Shown here: in pieces, positions 12,567 to 26,147 of the stretch | How positions within the stretch are numbered: the stretch's first letter is position 1 | How the letters are laid out: every line of letters starts with the position of its first letter | Program-made: the position numbers and the translations under genes | The notes under the pieces: generated by a model | Told to the model about the DNA's origin: nothing | Database searches by the model: none | What the model saw: only the letters and a program-made list of their open reading frames with translations | NCBI GenBank assembly: GCA_051294375.1 | Contig: CM119266.1 | Span: 9,556,538 to 9,620,537 of the forward strand | Source: Paraspadella gotoi | Taxonomy: Eukaryota; Animalia; Chaetognatha | Direction of reading: 5' to 3' | DNA: 64,000 nucleotides

Positions 12567-14639
12567 TCATTGCTGTTTGCACTCTTGTTGATCGCCCGCC
12601 TTGCCGCCGGCGTCTCCCTTCTTCTTCTTCCCGCCTTCCTCGCCATCGTCGTCATCCTCGTCGCCGTCATCGTCGTCTTCGTCGTCGCCTATTACCGCAA
12701 AGGAAGATAGGCAATTGTGTCACCTATGACTTCTTAAGAAGGAAAAGACACAAGTTAACACAAAAAGCGATTAAAAAAAGCGAGAAAGGAACTTTTAAAT
12801 TTAAAACTTTTCTAAAAGTTAAAACTGTTCTAAAACTTTTTCTAAAAATCTGATTTATTTATCACTAGCCTAAAACTAAAGTGCAAAAAAAAAAAAAGAA
12901 GAAGAGGTTTCCGTCGAGTTTTCCGACTGACCGTCTTCGTCCTCCTCCTCTTCGTAGTCCTCGTCGTCGTCCTCCAAGGCCTCGCCCGTGAAGTAGAGGA
13001 CGGCGCGAGGAATGATTCTGTCGCGGAAAAAGTGGCCGATCTCGAAGTCGGCCGAAAGCAGCGCCTCCGTCTCCTCATCCATCTCGTCTCCGCCCTCTGG
13101 AGGAAGAAAAAAAAAGAATCGTGAAAACAGCAGCAGCAGTGAAGTAATTGTCGATGCTGCTAAATGGCAAGAGCATTTTATAGTCTTTTCTAAAATCTTG
13201 CTTCGAACGAGCCTTTATATCTTTATAACCTTTATAATCCCACAGTAATAACATATCTTAAATTGAACTTACCCTCTGGATTAGGGACGACCGGAGGATC
13301 GAAGAAGTTGAAAAAGGAGTCTGCTTTAACCTTCTTTTCGATTGTTCTCACGGATCCTTTGCTCTTGTGCTTCTGCCTCTTCTTTATTACTTTAACCGTC
13401 ACATCTTTGCCTGAAAAAGAGTTGGAGCGCATAACTTTATATAACCTTACGATCATAAAATATGGCGAAACTAACACGAACTTTTTTTACATTGACATCG
13501 CAAATAGTTTTTAAATAACGTATTATATGATCTAAAAATTAAGCAAATTCAATTTACACGGAAATCATCATTATTACTTCTGTAAAAAATAAACCTGAAG
13601 CCTATCATTATTACCCTTTTTCCAATCGATCTTGCAGCCGGTGCACTTGATGATCTCGGGCCCCTCGAAGCCGAGAGGATCGCCCTCGTCGGGCTCCGCT
13701 CTCATGACGTAAGTTTTGGTGAGGCTTCGGTTGGTGAAGAACTCGTTCTCGGCAAAGAAAAACTCCAGCTCGAAGCTCATGGGTTTGCCGGGATCCGAGT
13801 ACCTGACCTTGATATCTTCGAGATGCTTGATGATTGGTTCGTCATGATCTTGCAGCATGTCCGAGAGAGTGTCGACTTGTCTGCAATTTCAGAGAGTAGG
13901 TTGGGTTAACAAACGTTAAAATTTAACTCTAAGAGCAACATATTCATCGACATCGACACACCGGAAGATCTGGAGCCAAAATTCAGGAACGCCCTTGGTC
14001 TTTTCGTCGCCCACCACGTTCGCTTCGTCGGGCTTGGCGTCACCGTCGCCGCTGATGTTCATCTGCGGCGAAAATCGAAATCCAACGAAAGTCATAAGAC
14101 TTCAAAAGCCACCCTATCACCATTCCCCCACTTCCAAGAACCCCACCTTCTTCTTGAGCTCCTCCGTGAGCTCCTCGTCCTCCTCCTCCTCATCCGAGGC
14201 CCACTCGCAGTCAGAGTCGGTGGGTTCGATCTGGCCGTTGATGATGTCCTTGCGCTTTTCGTAGAGGGGGTCGTATTGGGTGGCGTATTTGCACTCCAAT
14301 GCGTGAACCTCTTCGTAAAACTTGGACTCAATGTCCAGGCATTTCTTCTGCAGTTTCTTGAGCGCCTTTATCCTACGCTTTACGACGGGGTGAAGGTTCA
14401 ACATTATTCCGCGACCGTTCAAGCGATCTTGGATCGCCTGGAGGACCTGATCCAAAAAGAAACGTTAAGCTTCGACGAAAAGGAATGAAGATGAGAGAGA
14501 CCAAGGACCTTGATAAGGACGGTAGAGAAAGGCGAATCACACGAACCTGTGGATTGGACATCAACTCGGAAATCTTGTTGTCACGGTCACCGTCTTCGTT
14601 CTCCACATCTTCAACCGGTTGCTTCTCTGGTTCAGCCAT
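12567..14639 (-). CDS. NAP1L1: Nucleosome assembly protein 1-like
   Basis: Seven exons. Motifs FYEEVHALECKY, GVPEFWL, SFFNFFDPP, DFEIGHFFRDRIIPRAVLYFTGEA. Ends in the CaaX motif ECKQQ*. Confidence 0.95.
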
Positions 14640-15087
14640 TTTTTCCCCCCGCAATATTTTACTTTAACAAGTTAAAATTTATCACAGAAAACCCTGGTTA
14701 TACTTAAAAAAAAAAAATTAAAATTAGGGTAGTGATTCAAGCGTACGATGCGTCGTTCTTTCTGGCCACTGGCCAGATTCCTTGCACAACAATAGCTCCA
14801 GATAGTTCTTAGGGAATGGATTGTTGATTTATTCTTTTTTAAAAACCATATTATGAAACTAAAATAAAAGGAAGCGAATTTTTGTTGGTTTGTTTTTTTT
14901 TTTCAGTTTACAAACGTTAAGACCTTTTAATTATTACGAAAACTTAACAAATACTCGAAAACGGATTAAACCCAAAAAAGGAAACGGATTGGAACAGGCT
15001 TCCCAGTAATTAAAGTTAGATGAAAAGGTATATTGACGTCGATAATCAGCGAATTTGGAGGTGCAATCCCACAAAACGTCGTCATCT

Positions 15088-16141
15088 TCACTTGTCGGCG
15101 CCCTTGGTCTTGGATCCAGTGAGGCGACCGGTTCTGCGGGCGGCGATGAGGCCGACCTTTCGTCCGGCGGACGTGTCGCGACGAACCGTCGAAGCGTGAC
15201 CGATGTGCTGGTGGTTACCACCACCGTGGGGATGTTCAACCGGGTTCATGGCCACACCACGCACCTATGGAGGATCATTATTAGTACAATAAACAAAGGA
15301 CCACAAGAAACCGCCCGACATTGCCCATAAAACATACGAACCTTTGGCCACGAGTTGCGCTTGGCCTTGTACTTGAAGTAGGCTCTGCCGGCTTTCAACA
15401 TCGGCTTGTCAATTCGGCCGCCGCCCGCGACGATACCGACCATCGCGCGGTTGTTCGAAGGAATTGTCTTCTTGGAGCCGGAGGGCAGTTTGACCTTCGA
15501 CCTAAAGGAAACAAGACGAAAAGCGATTTAATTTTTTTAACCGAGGATCTTTTCAATTTTTTCCCCCCCCATTTCAGTATTCCTACTTGTTTTGGTCGGG
15601 ATTGTGGGAAATAATGGTGGCGTAATTGCCAGAGGTCCTGGCAAGTTTTCCGCGATCACCCATCTTCTCCTCCAATTGGCAGACGATGGAACCCTCGGGC
15701 ATGGCGCCAACCGGAAGCACGTTGCCGATCGTCAGCGTCGCCTTCTTGCCGCAGTAAACGAACTGGCCGGTGTACATTCCCTCGACGGCGATGAACGTTT
15801 CCTTACGCTTCTTGAATCTATTAAAGAAATAAAGAAAAATATAGCATAAGAGCAAAGTTAAATTTGGATAAATCATGATATCATGATATCATATTCAATG
15901 TACACGATAATGAAAACAGTCGGTTGCATAAATCTTACCGGTACGGATCCCTGAACTCGACCATAGCGAGCGGGGCTCCACGACCAGGATCGTGGATGAT
16001 GTCCTTGACGACGCCCTTGATGTAACCATGGCGCTCGGCGTAGTCGGCGGCGCGAAGCCGCGCGGCTCCCTTGCGGTGCTTGTTGTGCGACGTAAACACT
16101 GAGCCCGCACCCTTACGCTGAGAACGAATCACTCGACCCAT
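15088..16141 (-). CDS. RPL8: 60S ribosomal protein L8 (uL2)
   Basis: [41 protein letters not shown]; four exons. Confidence 0.98.
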
Positions 16142-16409
16142 ATTTTCACTTCCTTCTTTTTATTAACAAAATATCTGAAAATTCTAAAAATTTGGAGAAA
16201 AACTATTTTTTTTTGCCGAGTTGGATTTTTTTGCCCTCAAAATATTTAAACCCTTTAGAACAAAACGAAAAATACATTCTGAAGGTTTCTTTCATTCGAT
16301 TTGGTCGAAAAATCAAAAAAAGAACATTTTTGTCTCCGAGGATCGATGGCAGATAGTCAACGTAGAAACCGATCTTGATCGAGTAAAGGGAACGACGAGG
16401 GCGGACCGC

Positions 16410-17253
16410 TCAATCCTCCCCTTCGATCGACTCCTTCTCCGAGACGTAGATCCCGTCGAGAAACTTGCGGATGTCCTTCTTCCTGACGAGGACGCACTGC
16501 TGGATCATAGCGGCGGATTGGGAGACCAACTCGAGGTCGTTTCCTTCCACGGCGATCTCGTCCTTTTGGCCCGTCTGCAGACAGGTCACGCCGGCGCTCA
16601 TGGACACGCGGCGAACGTACTTCTCGCCGAGGAAGTTTCGTACCTCGACCGTTTGACCGGCGTCCTGTTTTGAAATAGAACGGATGAGGTCGGAGTCGAG
16701 GAGAGAAAAAAATAGTAATCTTTAGTGTTATTAGATTTCACCTGAATGGCGATGTTGATGGGAAAATGGGCGTAAACGGACTTCATCTTATAGCGGTAAC
16801 CGCGAGTCACGCCCTTCATCATGTTCTCGATGTGGCTGCAAACTGTGCGAACGGTGGCCAGATCCTTGCGGTTTCCGAACCACTTTTCAACCTGCAGCCT
16901 GAAAAGATGCGAAAATTTGTAAGAGATGATTATTTAATATGGTAAGTCAAGTCAACATTCTATCAAGTAAGATATTAATGAACACTGAACCTCTTGGTAC
17001 CTAGTTATATGCTTATCTTATCTCAGGCAAACAAACCCTCGTTTAAATTCAATTACGAAAACAAATACATACTAAATTATTCTCTGGATCGACCTTACCT
17101 TCTCTTTCCCACCATCTTGATGTCCAATTGGGTGTGCTTGAAGGATTTCTTCAAGGTTCCCCTTTTGCCCTTAATAGTGACCAGCCTATTGTTGACGGAA
17201 CATTGGATGTCCTCGGGGATCTTCACCATCGAGCTCGAATGAATGGTCTTCAT
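16410..17253 (-). CDS. RPL9: 60S ribosomal protein L9 (uL6)
   Basis: [34 protein letters not shown]; three coding exons. Confidence 0.98.
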
Positions 17254-17492
17254 TTTCGAAACAAAAAAGTTCTTAACAAAAAAATAACTTTTTTTTAAAA
17301 CCTGGATGGGAATAAAATAATAGTTCATTTCGATGTAACATAATATCCAATGATTAACTCCTGCAATAATGCTAAATGCCGAGTTCCCAAAAAGCTGGGA
17401 GACGTGAAAAAACCGGTAAAACGATAAGACGGTCGGCAGCGACAATGCTTAAAATGCCGCAAAAAACGTTCAACATACATAAGGCGCTCAAC

Positions 17493-17515
17493 CTCAAGAG
17501 AGTTTCGAAAGGAAG
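17493..17515 (-). promoter_or_regulatory. Candidate 5'-TOP/TCT initiator and short non-coding first exon of RPL9
   Basis: Minus strand reads CTTCCTTTCGAAACTCTCTTGAG|GTTGAG. A downstream acceptor CCATCCAG lies at ~17302. Confidence 0.5.
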
Positions 17516-17901
17516 ATCCGAAAAAAAGTGTCGCGGATAACTTCCATCGGGCGCTACGCACATCAAAAACAGACAATTTGATTCGATTTGGGATTTTTTT
17601 GTTTTTTTTTTTAACGCGCGTCACACTCATAAAATGATAATTTGACGTATCTTTGGAACGTGAGCAGAATCCGACCAAAAAAGCCAAATAAATTACAAAC
17701 ATTACGCTAAATTCTAAAATTCTATCAACGAAAATTAACAGGTTCCCGAGTGGACTTGACTAACAAACTATTTAGTCAGTATTAATATTCAATAAGTTCA
17801 TTCGTTGGCCACCGATTTTGCCCCGCGGGTGACGAAGTTTTTGAACGGGGGTGGGGGAAGAATAGGGAAAGGAGGTGAGGAAAACTGGAAGATTGTCAAG
17901 T

Positions 17902-19376
17902 CTACGTCTTGCGTTTGCTGGTCTTGAAGGAGACTTGCAACTGCTTGAATCCGTTTTTCTCGAATTCGTAACCGTCCATAGACTGAATGGCGTTGCAGGC
18001 GTCGTTGTAATCCGCGTAGGTCACGAAGCCAAACCCTTTGCCGGCGCCCGTGGTCAGATCGCGCTAGGATACAGGGCGAGATAACTTACTTTTTCGGTTC
18101 AATTTATTAACAAATCCCTATTTGGACACTTACTTGAATATGAACCTTCGTAATGGCACCAAACGGGCCGAACAATGCGTACAGCTCGATTTCTGTAGCA
18201 TCCGGACCGATATTATAGATAAATAGCGTGTGACCGGGTTCGCCGTCCGGAGGGCCGGGTCGAATAGGAATCGGGTTATAGCGATGCGAGCCTCGTTGTG
18301 AACGAATGGGAAGAGTGAAAGGACTGATGGCGCCTGGAAACCTCGGATCGACAGCAGTTTGAATGGGTAAACGAACACCTAGTAACAAGAAGATGAATTT
18401 GCATTAAATGAACTAATTGAAACAGTCTTAACAATTAAAACGATCAAACAAATCTTGAAACATACCAGCGGCACCAGGATATGCGTAATGATGAATTATT
18501 TGCAGCCCTTGTCCCTTAGCGGCCTTGGTTTGTTCACTGTCTTGCGCTTTCTTTACCGTCATGAGGTTGGCTGAGCCCGGTGCTTTGGTTCCATGGAGTT
18601 CTACGAAAAAGAAAAAAAAATATCTAATTTCCGAAAGCAGAGGGCATACAAATTTGGCCGATTCACGAGCCACACCGAACCCTTTCTTGATAAAATTATT
18701 TGATTAATCTAACAAATTACTACGATCTCTACCAAATGATATTAATAAAACAGCGACGGTTACCCTTTATAGCAGCGTCTGCTTGAGCAGTCTTCGAAAA
18801 TAGAACGAAGCCACAGCCTTTGGAGACTCCCGTGGTGCCGTCGTACAGGATCTTGGATTTGATAATGTCCCCGTAGGGAGCAAAGAGGGCGCCCAGTTGA
18901 TCTTCCGTCATCGTTTTTGGCAAGTTGGCGATAAATACATTGGCGTTTTTAATTTCTTCACCGGAGGAGCCTTCCATCCTTCTGAACGAAAAACAACGTA
19001 CCGAAAAGAGTTTGTACATTGATTAAATGGCCAATTCGGAACTGACCGACTGTAGGCAACTTTGAGCCGCTTGTGCTCCAGTTCCAGCCCGTTGAGCTTG
19101 TCAATCGCTTTGGCGGCGTCTTCGGCTTTTTGATAGTTGACGAATCCATAGCCGAACGAATAGCCTGTCGCCTGGTAGACCACGGGGTAAAACTCATGTT
19201 TAAAGAAATGGCGCAATCTTTCTTTCGTTTTTTTTTAAACATTATACCTTATTTCGCATAATCTTGGCGCTGACCATTGGCCCGATGGCCTCGAAAAGCT
19301 GAGTAAAATGTTCATCGCTCAATGACTGGGGAAGGTAGTTGATGATCAGGCTTGTGTTCTCGGCGGAATCTTCCAT
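17902..19376 (-). CDS. ELAV/Hu-like three-RRM RNA-binding protein, paralog 2
   Basis: [54 protein letters not shown]; stop at 17902. Confidence 0.9.
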
Positions 19377-19626
19377 GGCGACATTTAAAGGTTCTCGACT
19401 CGACCAGTTTTCAAAAAAAAAAGGAAAAAAGACTAAAAAAATGGGGGTAATGAACAGCAAAGAAACAAAAGAAAACATAAAAAGAAAAGATGTTGAAAGC
19501 ACTATCGAAAAAAACATAGAAAACGGCTTTTAAAAAAATCTCCACGATGTGGACAACAGTGTATGCTCGAAGAGAAACTGGGTGAAGAGGTTTCTTCGAT
19601 ATCAGCTTGAAGGGAGAAAGCAGACT

Positions 19627-21235
19627 TCACTTTTTGAAAGAGACTTGCAGCTGTCGATAGTCGTTCTTTTGCCAAGCGAATCCATGGAGATTCGCGATTG
19701 CGCGAGTCGCGTGTTCTCGATCGGCGAAAGTGACAAAGCCAAATCCTTTGCTCTTTCCGGTAGATAGATCGCGCTAAAAAAAACAAAGGGCGTTTTAATA
19801 TGACGAAGACAGTTGTAGCTCTCGAACGCAAGGTACTATTTTTCTACCTGAATGTGAGTTTTGTTGATCGCTCCAAACGGCCCGAAAAGCTGATACAGAT
19901 CCAACTCTGTACATTCCGGTCCGATATTATAAACAAAGAGCGTATGACCTCCTATCGTTGAAAAAAAACTGAAGTCAAAACGCTCTCGAAGCTGAGGCAA
20001 TATTAAAATGTTTTTTTTCCTTTACCTTGAGAAGCGTGTGGCCCTGACAAGGACCCTTGGGAAGAAGGGACAGCCTGCAACGATTGGACGGGGGGCACCG
20101 CATAAGTAACCTCTCCATTGTAGCCGTACGTATAGGGATATCCGTAGTGATATTTTTCCGTGGCCGAGCCGTATTCCGAATACTTTTCCGCAGAGCCGTA
20201 ACTAGAGTATTTAGCTTCGTGACCAGTAGCGTAGCCCGAATATTTTTCCGTCAACGACGGCCCGGAAACGAAGGTGGCATTGTGACTCTGGGTTCCGTAA
20301 CCGAACCCGGGGAATGGAGGATACGGTGAATAATGATGGATCACGTGAACTTCTTTGGACGAGTTTTTAGGCGAAGTCATGGGGGCGCTCTTTATCTTGG
20401 TGCTATCTTCCTGGATATTATTCCGTTTGACCATCAAAGCCTTCTCGCAGCCATCCGGTATCTGACCATCCAAACCTTTGGTGAAAATGAGAAAAAAATT
20501 AAGATTTCCAGCATAGTCAGTTGAGAGTAAAAAAAAGCATATACCTCGGATTGCTGCTTCGGCCTCGAGCGTCTTGGAAAAGAGAATAAAGCCACATCCC
20601 CGCGAAATGCCCGTCAATTGGTCGATAAGGATCTTGGACTTGATGACTTCCCCGTAAGGCTTAAAGATTTCCTCCAGATCGGATTCCTTCCACGATTGCG
20701 ACAAGTTGCCGACGAACAAATTCGCGTTTTTGATCGCTTCCGGTCCTTCGCCGCGTCTTTTTTATAACGGGGGAAGAAAAAAATAATAAATGTTCGATAA
20801 TTCATTTTCATTCAAAATTTTTAAAAATCATATTTTTAATTAACATAAAAACCGAAAACGTACCTGCTGAAGGCGACTCGAATCTGCTTGTGAAGGACTT
20901 TTTCTCCATCCTTTTGTTGAATGGCTCTTTCGGCGTCTTCTTTTTTTACGAAATTCACGAATCCGTATCCAAAGGAAGTGCTGGTAAGCTGAAAATATTT
21001 TTTTAAATTAATTTTTTTCAATTTTTTTAAACTAAAAATAAATCAATCATCCGACGCGAATCGTGTTTTCGAGATAAAAAAATCTTACTTTGTTCCTCAT
21101 GATCTTGGCACTGTAGAGAGGCCCCACGTCGGAGAAGAGGCCGTGCAGATCTTTGTCGGTGAAAGAGGGCGGAAGATAATTTACTATCAACGCGTAACCC
21201 GCGTCCGGATTAACCGAACCATCCATCTCCGTCAT
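19627..21235 (-). CDS. ELAV/Hu-like three-RRM RNA-binding protein, paralog 1
   Basis: [52 protein letters not shown]...LQVSFKK*. Tyr/Gly/Ser-rich hinge. Confidence 0.9.
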
Positions 21236-21408
21236 AATATTGTTTATGAAAAAATGGAGATGAATAAATTGAATAAATCGATAAAAAAGATAAATAAACT
21301 GGAAAAAAAAGGGAGAGAGAGGGGGAGATATGGCTAGAAACTTAACAAAAAAAAAACACACGACTAGGGCGAAGAGAAAAACGAATCGGCGGAAGAAAAG
21401 CGGAAAGA

Positions 21409-23585
21409 TCAATCTTGTTTCCCGACGGATCGAGTCTCGCCCTTTCTCTCCTCGTCGCTCTCGTCCATGAAAGCTTTCTCGAAACTTTCTCCGTCGATCT
21501 TTCCGCGTTTTAACTTTTTAATGAGTTTGATGTCTTGGGCGAGATCTCGCAACTCCTCCTCAGTTACTTGCGTCTTTCTTTTCTTGACCCTGGCCTTGTT
21601 CTTTCTCTCCTCTTTCTTGGCCTTTTTATCTTCTCGCTTTTGCGAGGCTTCGGACCACCGCTGAGCCTTTCTCTTTTTCAAAAACGGATTCTCGCCCGTC
21701 TCCTTCCAGAGTTTGAGTTTCTCTTGTCGCTTTTCCTCCTTGCCCTTGTCCAAGTAGGAAACGGCGTCGAGGTCGACCCCTTCCTCCACGCAACCGCTCA
21801 TGTCGACGCCCTTCAGCTCCGGCATCCGGGGAATCTTGAGGAGACAGAAGCCTTTGGCGAGACCAGGAAAGTCCAGTTCCTTAAGTTTCATCAGGTAGCG
21901 GCACTCGTGCTTTGTGTAGCTCTGCACGTAACTGACGAAGGCGCGCATTCCCTTTTCGTACAAGTTTCTGTCCTTTTTCGCGAATTCCTTAATCTTGGAA
22001 AGCGAATCCGCATCGACAGCCACGTCCTTTTCAGCGAAAGGCTCTACAGGAGCTTTTTGATTGATGCGCAGAAAATCCACGTAGCATTCTTCGTTGGGTA
22101 GGAGGATGAGTAGAGCGCTGCCCTCGTGGCCGATTCGTGCCGTGCGGCCGCAACGATGAACAAATGCGGCGGCGGCAGAGGGCGGATCGAACTGAACGAC
22201 CCAGTGGACGTTGGGAATGTCGATGCCTCGAGCCATGACGTCCGTGCAGACGAGCACTCCTGGACGAAGGACAAAAAACACAAAAATTAAATCGCATTCA
22301 TTAATCCGGATAAAAATTACTAAGGTCAAGGCAGTCGGCGCCCACCTTCCTTCATGGCTCGAAAACTCTCAAAGGCGTTCTCTCTTTTTCCCTTTTTTCT
22401 TTTGCCGTGAATTAGACGGACGTCGGACTTGAGCATCCGTTTGAGGATGTTTCCAAAGTAGTCGACGCCGGCGCAAGTGCTGAAGAACACCATGACTTTC
22501 TCCCGCCTTCGCTTCTTGAGAAAAGCGAGGAGAAATTCCAGTTTATCCTCTGCTCTTCGAACAACGAAAAAGTTTCGCAAAGTCTGAGGAAGTCTCTTAG
22601 CTTCGGCCGTCGGGTCGAGTCTTTTCTCCTTGACGACGATTCGAACGGGATTCCGAAGGCCAGCGCGAATCACTGACTCGACTTCCTCCGTCTACGAAGA
22701 GACAAGAAGCAAAAGAATAGGCGGAAAGATTGAATTATATAAATGAATTACAAAAAAATGAACGGCTAATTTTTATATTGGTTGCACCAATTTTATAAAG
22801 ATCTTTAAAATGACTCACCTGCGTCGCGGAAAACAACCCCGTTCGCCTTTGACGAGGAAGGTACATGAAGATACGGTTCAAGGTGATCTCGAATCCCATC
22901 GAGAGGAGTTTGTCGGCCTCGTCGAGAACCAGCACCTCCAGCGCTTTGACGGAGGAAGATATCGAGCAGGCCTTGCTTTCCAACAGATCGTTGAGTCGGC
23001 CGGGAGTCGAAATGATTATGTTGGCCCCGTTTTCTTGGAAGTCGGCGATAGCTGTCGACGAACTGATATCAAATCAACGATCCTATTCCTTCCTCGTAGT
23101 CGAGTCTCTCACGTTTATCACCTACCCAAACTTACCTTGGCTCAAGTTTAAAGATCCGCTGGAAATGAGCTTCGCCGTTAATCCTTCGATGTTAGAAAGC
23201 AATTTTTGCAGAACCTCGTAAATTTGACGAGTGAGTTCTCTAGTGGGAGACAACACTATAGCTCCGATCTCCATCTTTTTTAACTTTGGATTCCGTTTCA
23301 GTAAATGTTCGAGAATTGGAACCAAAAAGGCGAGAGTTTTTCCCGAACCTTGAGAAATGCAAAAAAATCGGGTATCATTATAAATATCATAAATTAAATT
23401 TAATAAGTAAGCAAAGCACCAGTAACGGCTTCCGCGGCGACATCTTTGTTTTGGCAGAGCAGCGGAATGCAGGAAGCTTGCACCGGCGTGGCGTTTGTAA
23501 ATCCGTTCTTGAGAAGGGAATCGACAATCACGGGGTTCAACGTCACATTCAAATCCGACCAAACCTTCGACGTTGTCACCGCCAT
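21409..23585 (-). CDS. DDX55: ATP-dependent DEAD-box RNA helicase DDX55 (Spb4)
   Basis: [47 protein letters not shown]; Lys-rich tail. Confidence 0.95.
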
Positions 23586-23801
23586 AACTCCTCTAAAAAA
23601 ATATCGCCTAATAAATATATCACATGCTTCATTTTCGCCTATTTTTCTCAGAGGCTTGCGGTGTAAAAATAATAAAACGTTGGTGAATTTAAAAAAACAA
23701 AAAATTTCAAAGGGTAAACAAAGGTTTCGAAACCCGCCCTAAAATTACGTTTAAACTCAGAAATTTAAACCTACAAGAAAAATTTTAATTCTCGGTTGAC
23801 A

Positions 23802-25997
23802 TTAATGTTCTTTGCCAATTTCCGTCATCGTTCCGGTCGAGTTAAATTCCTCCTCTATCATTTTCCGGTATTCCTCGAAACCGCCCTCGATCCTCTTGAC
23901 ATTCCCGTCCTTGCACAGCCAAATCTCGTTGCAAACATACTTGAGCAGCCGTTCGTCGTGGGAGACGAGGACGACGCCGCCCTTGAAGGCGATAAGTGAC
24001 TTGCCCAGAGCCTCGATCGTCTCCATGTCCAGGTGATTGGTAGGTTCGTCCAAAATGAAAAAGTTGGGACGGTTGATGGACATGGCGGCGAAGGCCACCC
24101 GAGACTTTTGACCCCCACTCAAGGAGAAAAGGGACTGAAGCGCCAAATCCCCCGAAACACCGAACTGGCCTAATTGGGAGCGGTAATTCTCCACGGGCAT
24201 TCCTGGCTTCTTGGAGGCGACGAACTCAACCGAATTCATGTTCATGTCCAACTGATCCACGTGGTGTTGACTGAAATAGCCAAGTTTGATTTGTCTATGA
24301 CCGAACCGGTGACCCTTGACGGGCTCCAAATCGCCGAGAAGGATCTTTAACAAAGTGGTTTTTCCGGCGCCATTTTCGCCCACGATGCCGATCTTCGAAT
24401 CCATGTTGGCGGACAAATCCACTCCGGCGAATATGGGCTTGTCCTTGGAGTAATAGAAAGTCACTTCGTCCAGTTGCAGCACCGGTGGGCCGATGGGCTC
24501 GGGCTCGGGCCACTTCAACACCACCTCCGATTCTTTCTCCACGGGAACCAAAACGGGGAGCTTCTCGAGCAGCTTGAGCTTGCTTTGGACTTGACTCGCT
24601 CGATTAGCGTTGTAGCGGAAACGATCGATAAAGACTTGAATGTGCTCGCGGTACTCCTTCTGCGCCTCGTACTCTTTCTGTTGGCACTTGAGTCGCTCCG
24701 TTCGGGTCTTGAGAAAGTTTTCGTAGTTTCCCCGATAGGCGTCGAGACGTTTCGAGTGGAGGTGGACGACGTCGGTGGCGACGGAATTGAGAAACTCGCG
24801 ATCGTGACTCACCACGAAGAGAGTCGACTTCCAATTTTGAAGGTAATCTTCTAGCCAAAGGATGGCGCGAACCTGGAAATAGATTTAATTTTTAATTGGA
24901 TTCGTACACACTCAAAATTTGTATTTTCCTCCTCTTACGTCCAACATATTGGTGGGTTCGTCCAATAGCAACAAGTCCGGTTGCGAGAAGAGAGCTCTGG
25001 CAAGCGCCAGCCGCATGCGCCAACCGCCAGAATATTCCTTCGTTTTTTTCTGCTGCATCGACGCCGTGAATCCGAGGCCGCAAAGGATCGTCGACGCCCG
25101 CGCCGGCGCCTTGTCGGCCTCAATGGCCTGCAGTTCCGCGTATATCTCGGAGAGTCGTTGACTGGCCGTTCCGTCAGAGGTAGAGTTCTCCAACATCTTA
25201 TTGAGTTCTCTCTCCTCGCAAAGGAGACCTTCCCGAATCTCGTCGGCCTCGAGGACCGATTGGATGGCGGGAGTTTCGTCGCCGACTACCTCCTGCTCCA
25301 CGTGGAGAATCCTGATGTGCGAGGGAATTTCCAGATTCCGACTGGCGATGAGACGCATCAAAGTGGACTTTCCGAGACCGTTTCGTCCTATGAGTCCGTA
25401 GCGTCTGCCGGGCACCATGACCAGCTCGGCGCCGAAGAGTAACTGTTTCTCACCGAAGGACATGTCAAAGTTTTCTATTCGAATGTCCATGCTCTTGTTG
25501 GAGCCCTTGGCCTCTGCCTTGGCAATTCGGCGATTGGAGGCCTGACTAGCGGAGGCCATTTCCAGTTTGGGAGAAGCCTTCGCGTCCCCATTTTCCTTTT
25601 TAGCTTTTCGTTCCGCCTTTTGCCGAATTTTTTCCTCGGCTTTCTCCAATTTTTTTTGGTCGACGGTGGTGTTGTCGCCGCGGAGCTTCAACCAAATGCT
25701 GTGTGAGTCGTCGATAGAGTCCTTGACGTCCCCGAGGGACACGGGAGCGTCGAGAAGTTTCGTGGCAGGCACGGGTCGCTCTAACTGCAGAGCCAAGAAC
25801 AATTTGTGACAGATTTCCATGACCCGATCGTCACCGTCGTCGGCGGCTTCGCACAAGAAAGGCCCGACGGCTTCGTAGACGTCCTCGTGAGTCTCGAAAT
25901 CATTTTTGCTCGTATCGATCACGCCCTCGACGTAATCGGCGAGTTCCTTGTCGAGCGTGGGGAAATGTTCTTGAATAATTAACTTACATTCGGCCAT
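23802..25997 (-). CDS. ABCF3: ATP-binding cassette subfamily F member 3 (Gcn20-like)
   Basis: Two ABC domains ([17 protein letters not shown] and [17 protein letters not shown]). One intron at ~24938-24873. Confidence 0.95.
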
Positions 25998-26147
25998 ATT
26001 TTAGTGCAGAATATCACTGTTTATCGGTTTACGGCTGTGACGGGATAGGAAAACATTCAGTTTTAACATTGAAGCTCGTAAATCGGAATCATAAAAGTGG
26101 AATGGAATGAAATTTATCACAGATCGCGAGGAGTGGCATTGAGCTAG

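Noticed and set aside
14761-14777. TCTGGCCACTGGCCAGA palindrome as a terminator or regulatory site
   Set aside because: A single short inverted repeat with no second occurrence, and bacterial terminator logic does not apply here.
16901-17097. H/ACA snoRNA in RPL9 intron 1
   Set aside because: ANANNA and ACA words are present, but I could not see a convincing two-hairpin structure.
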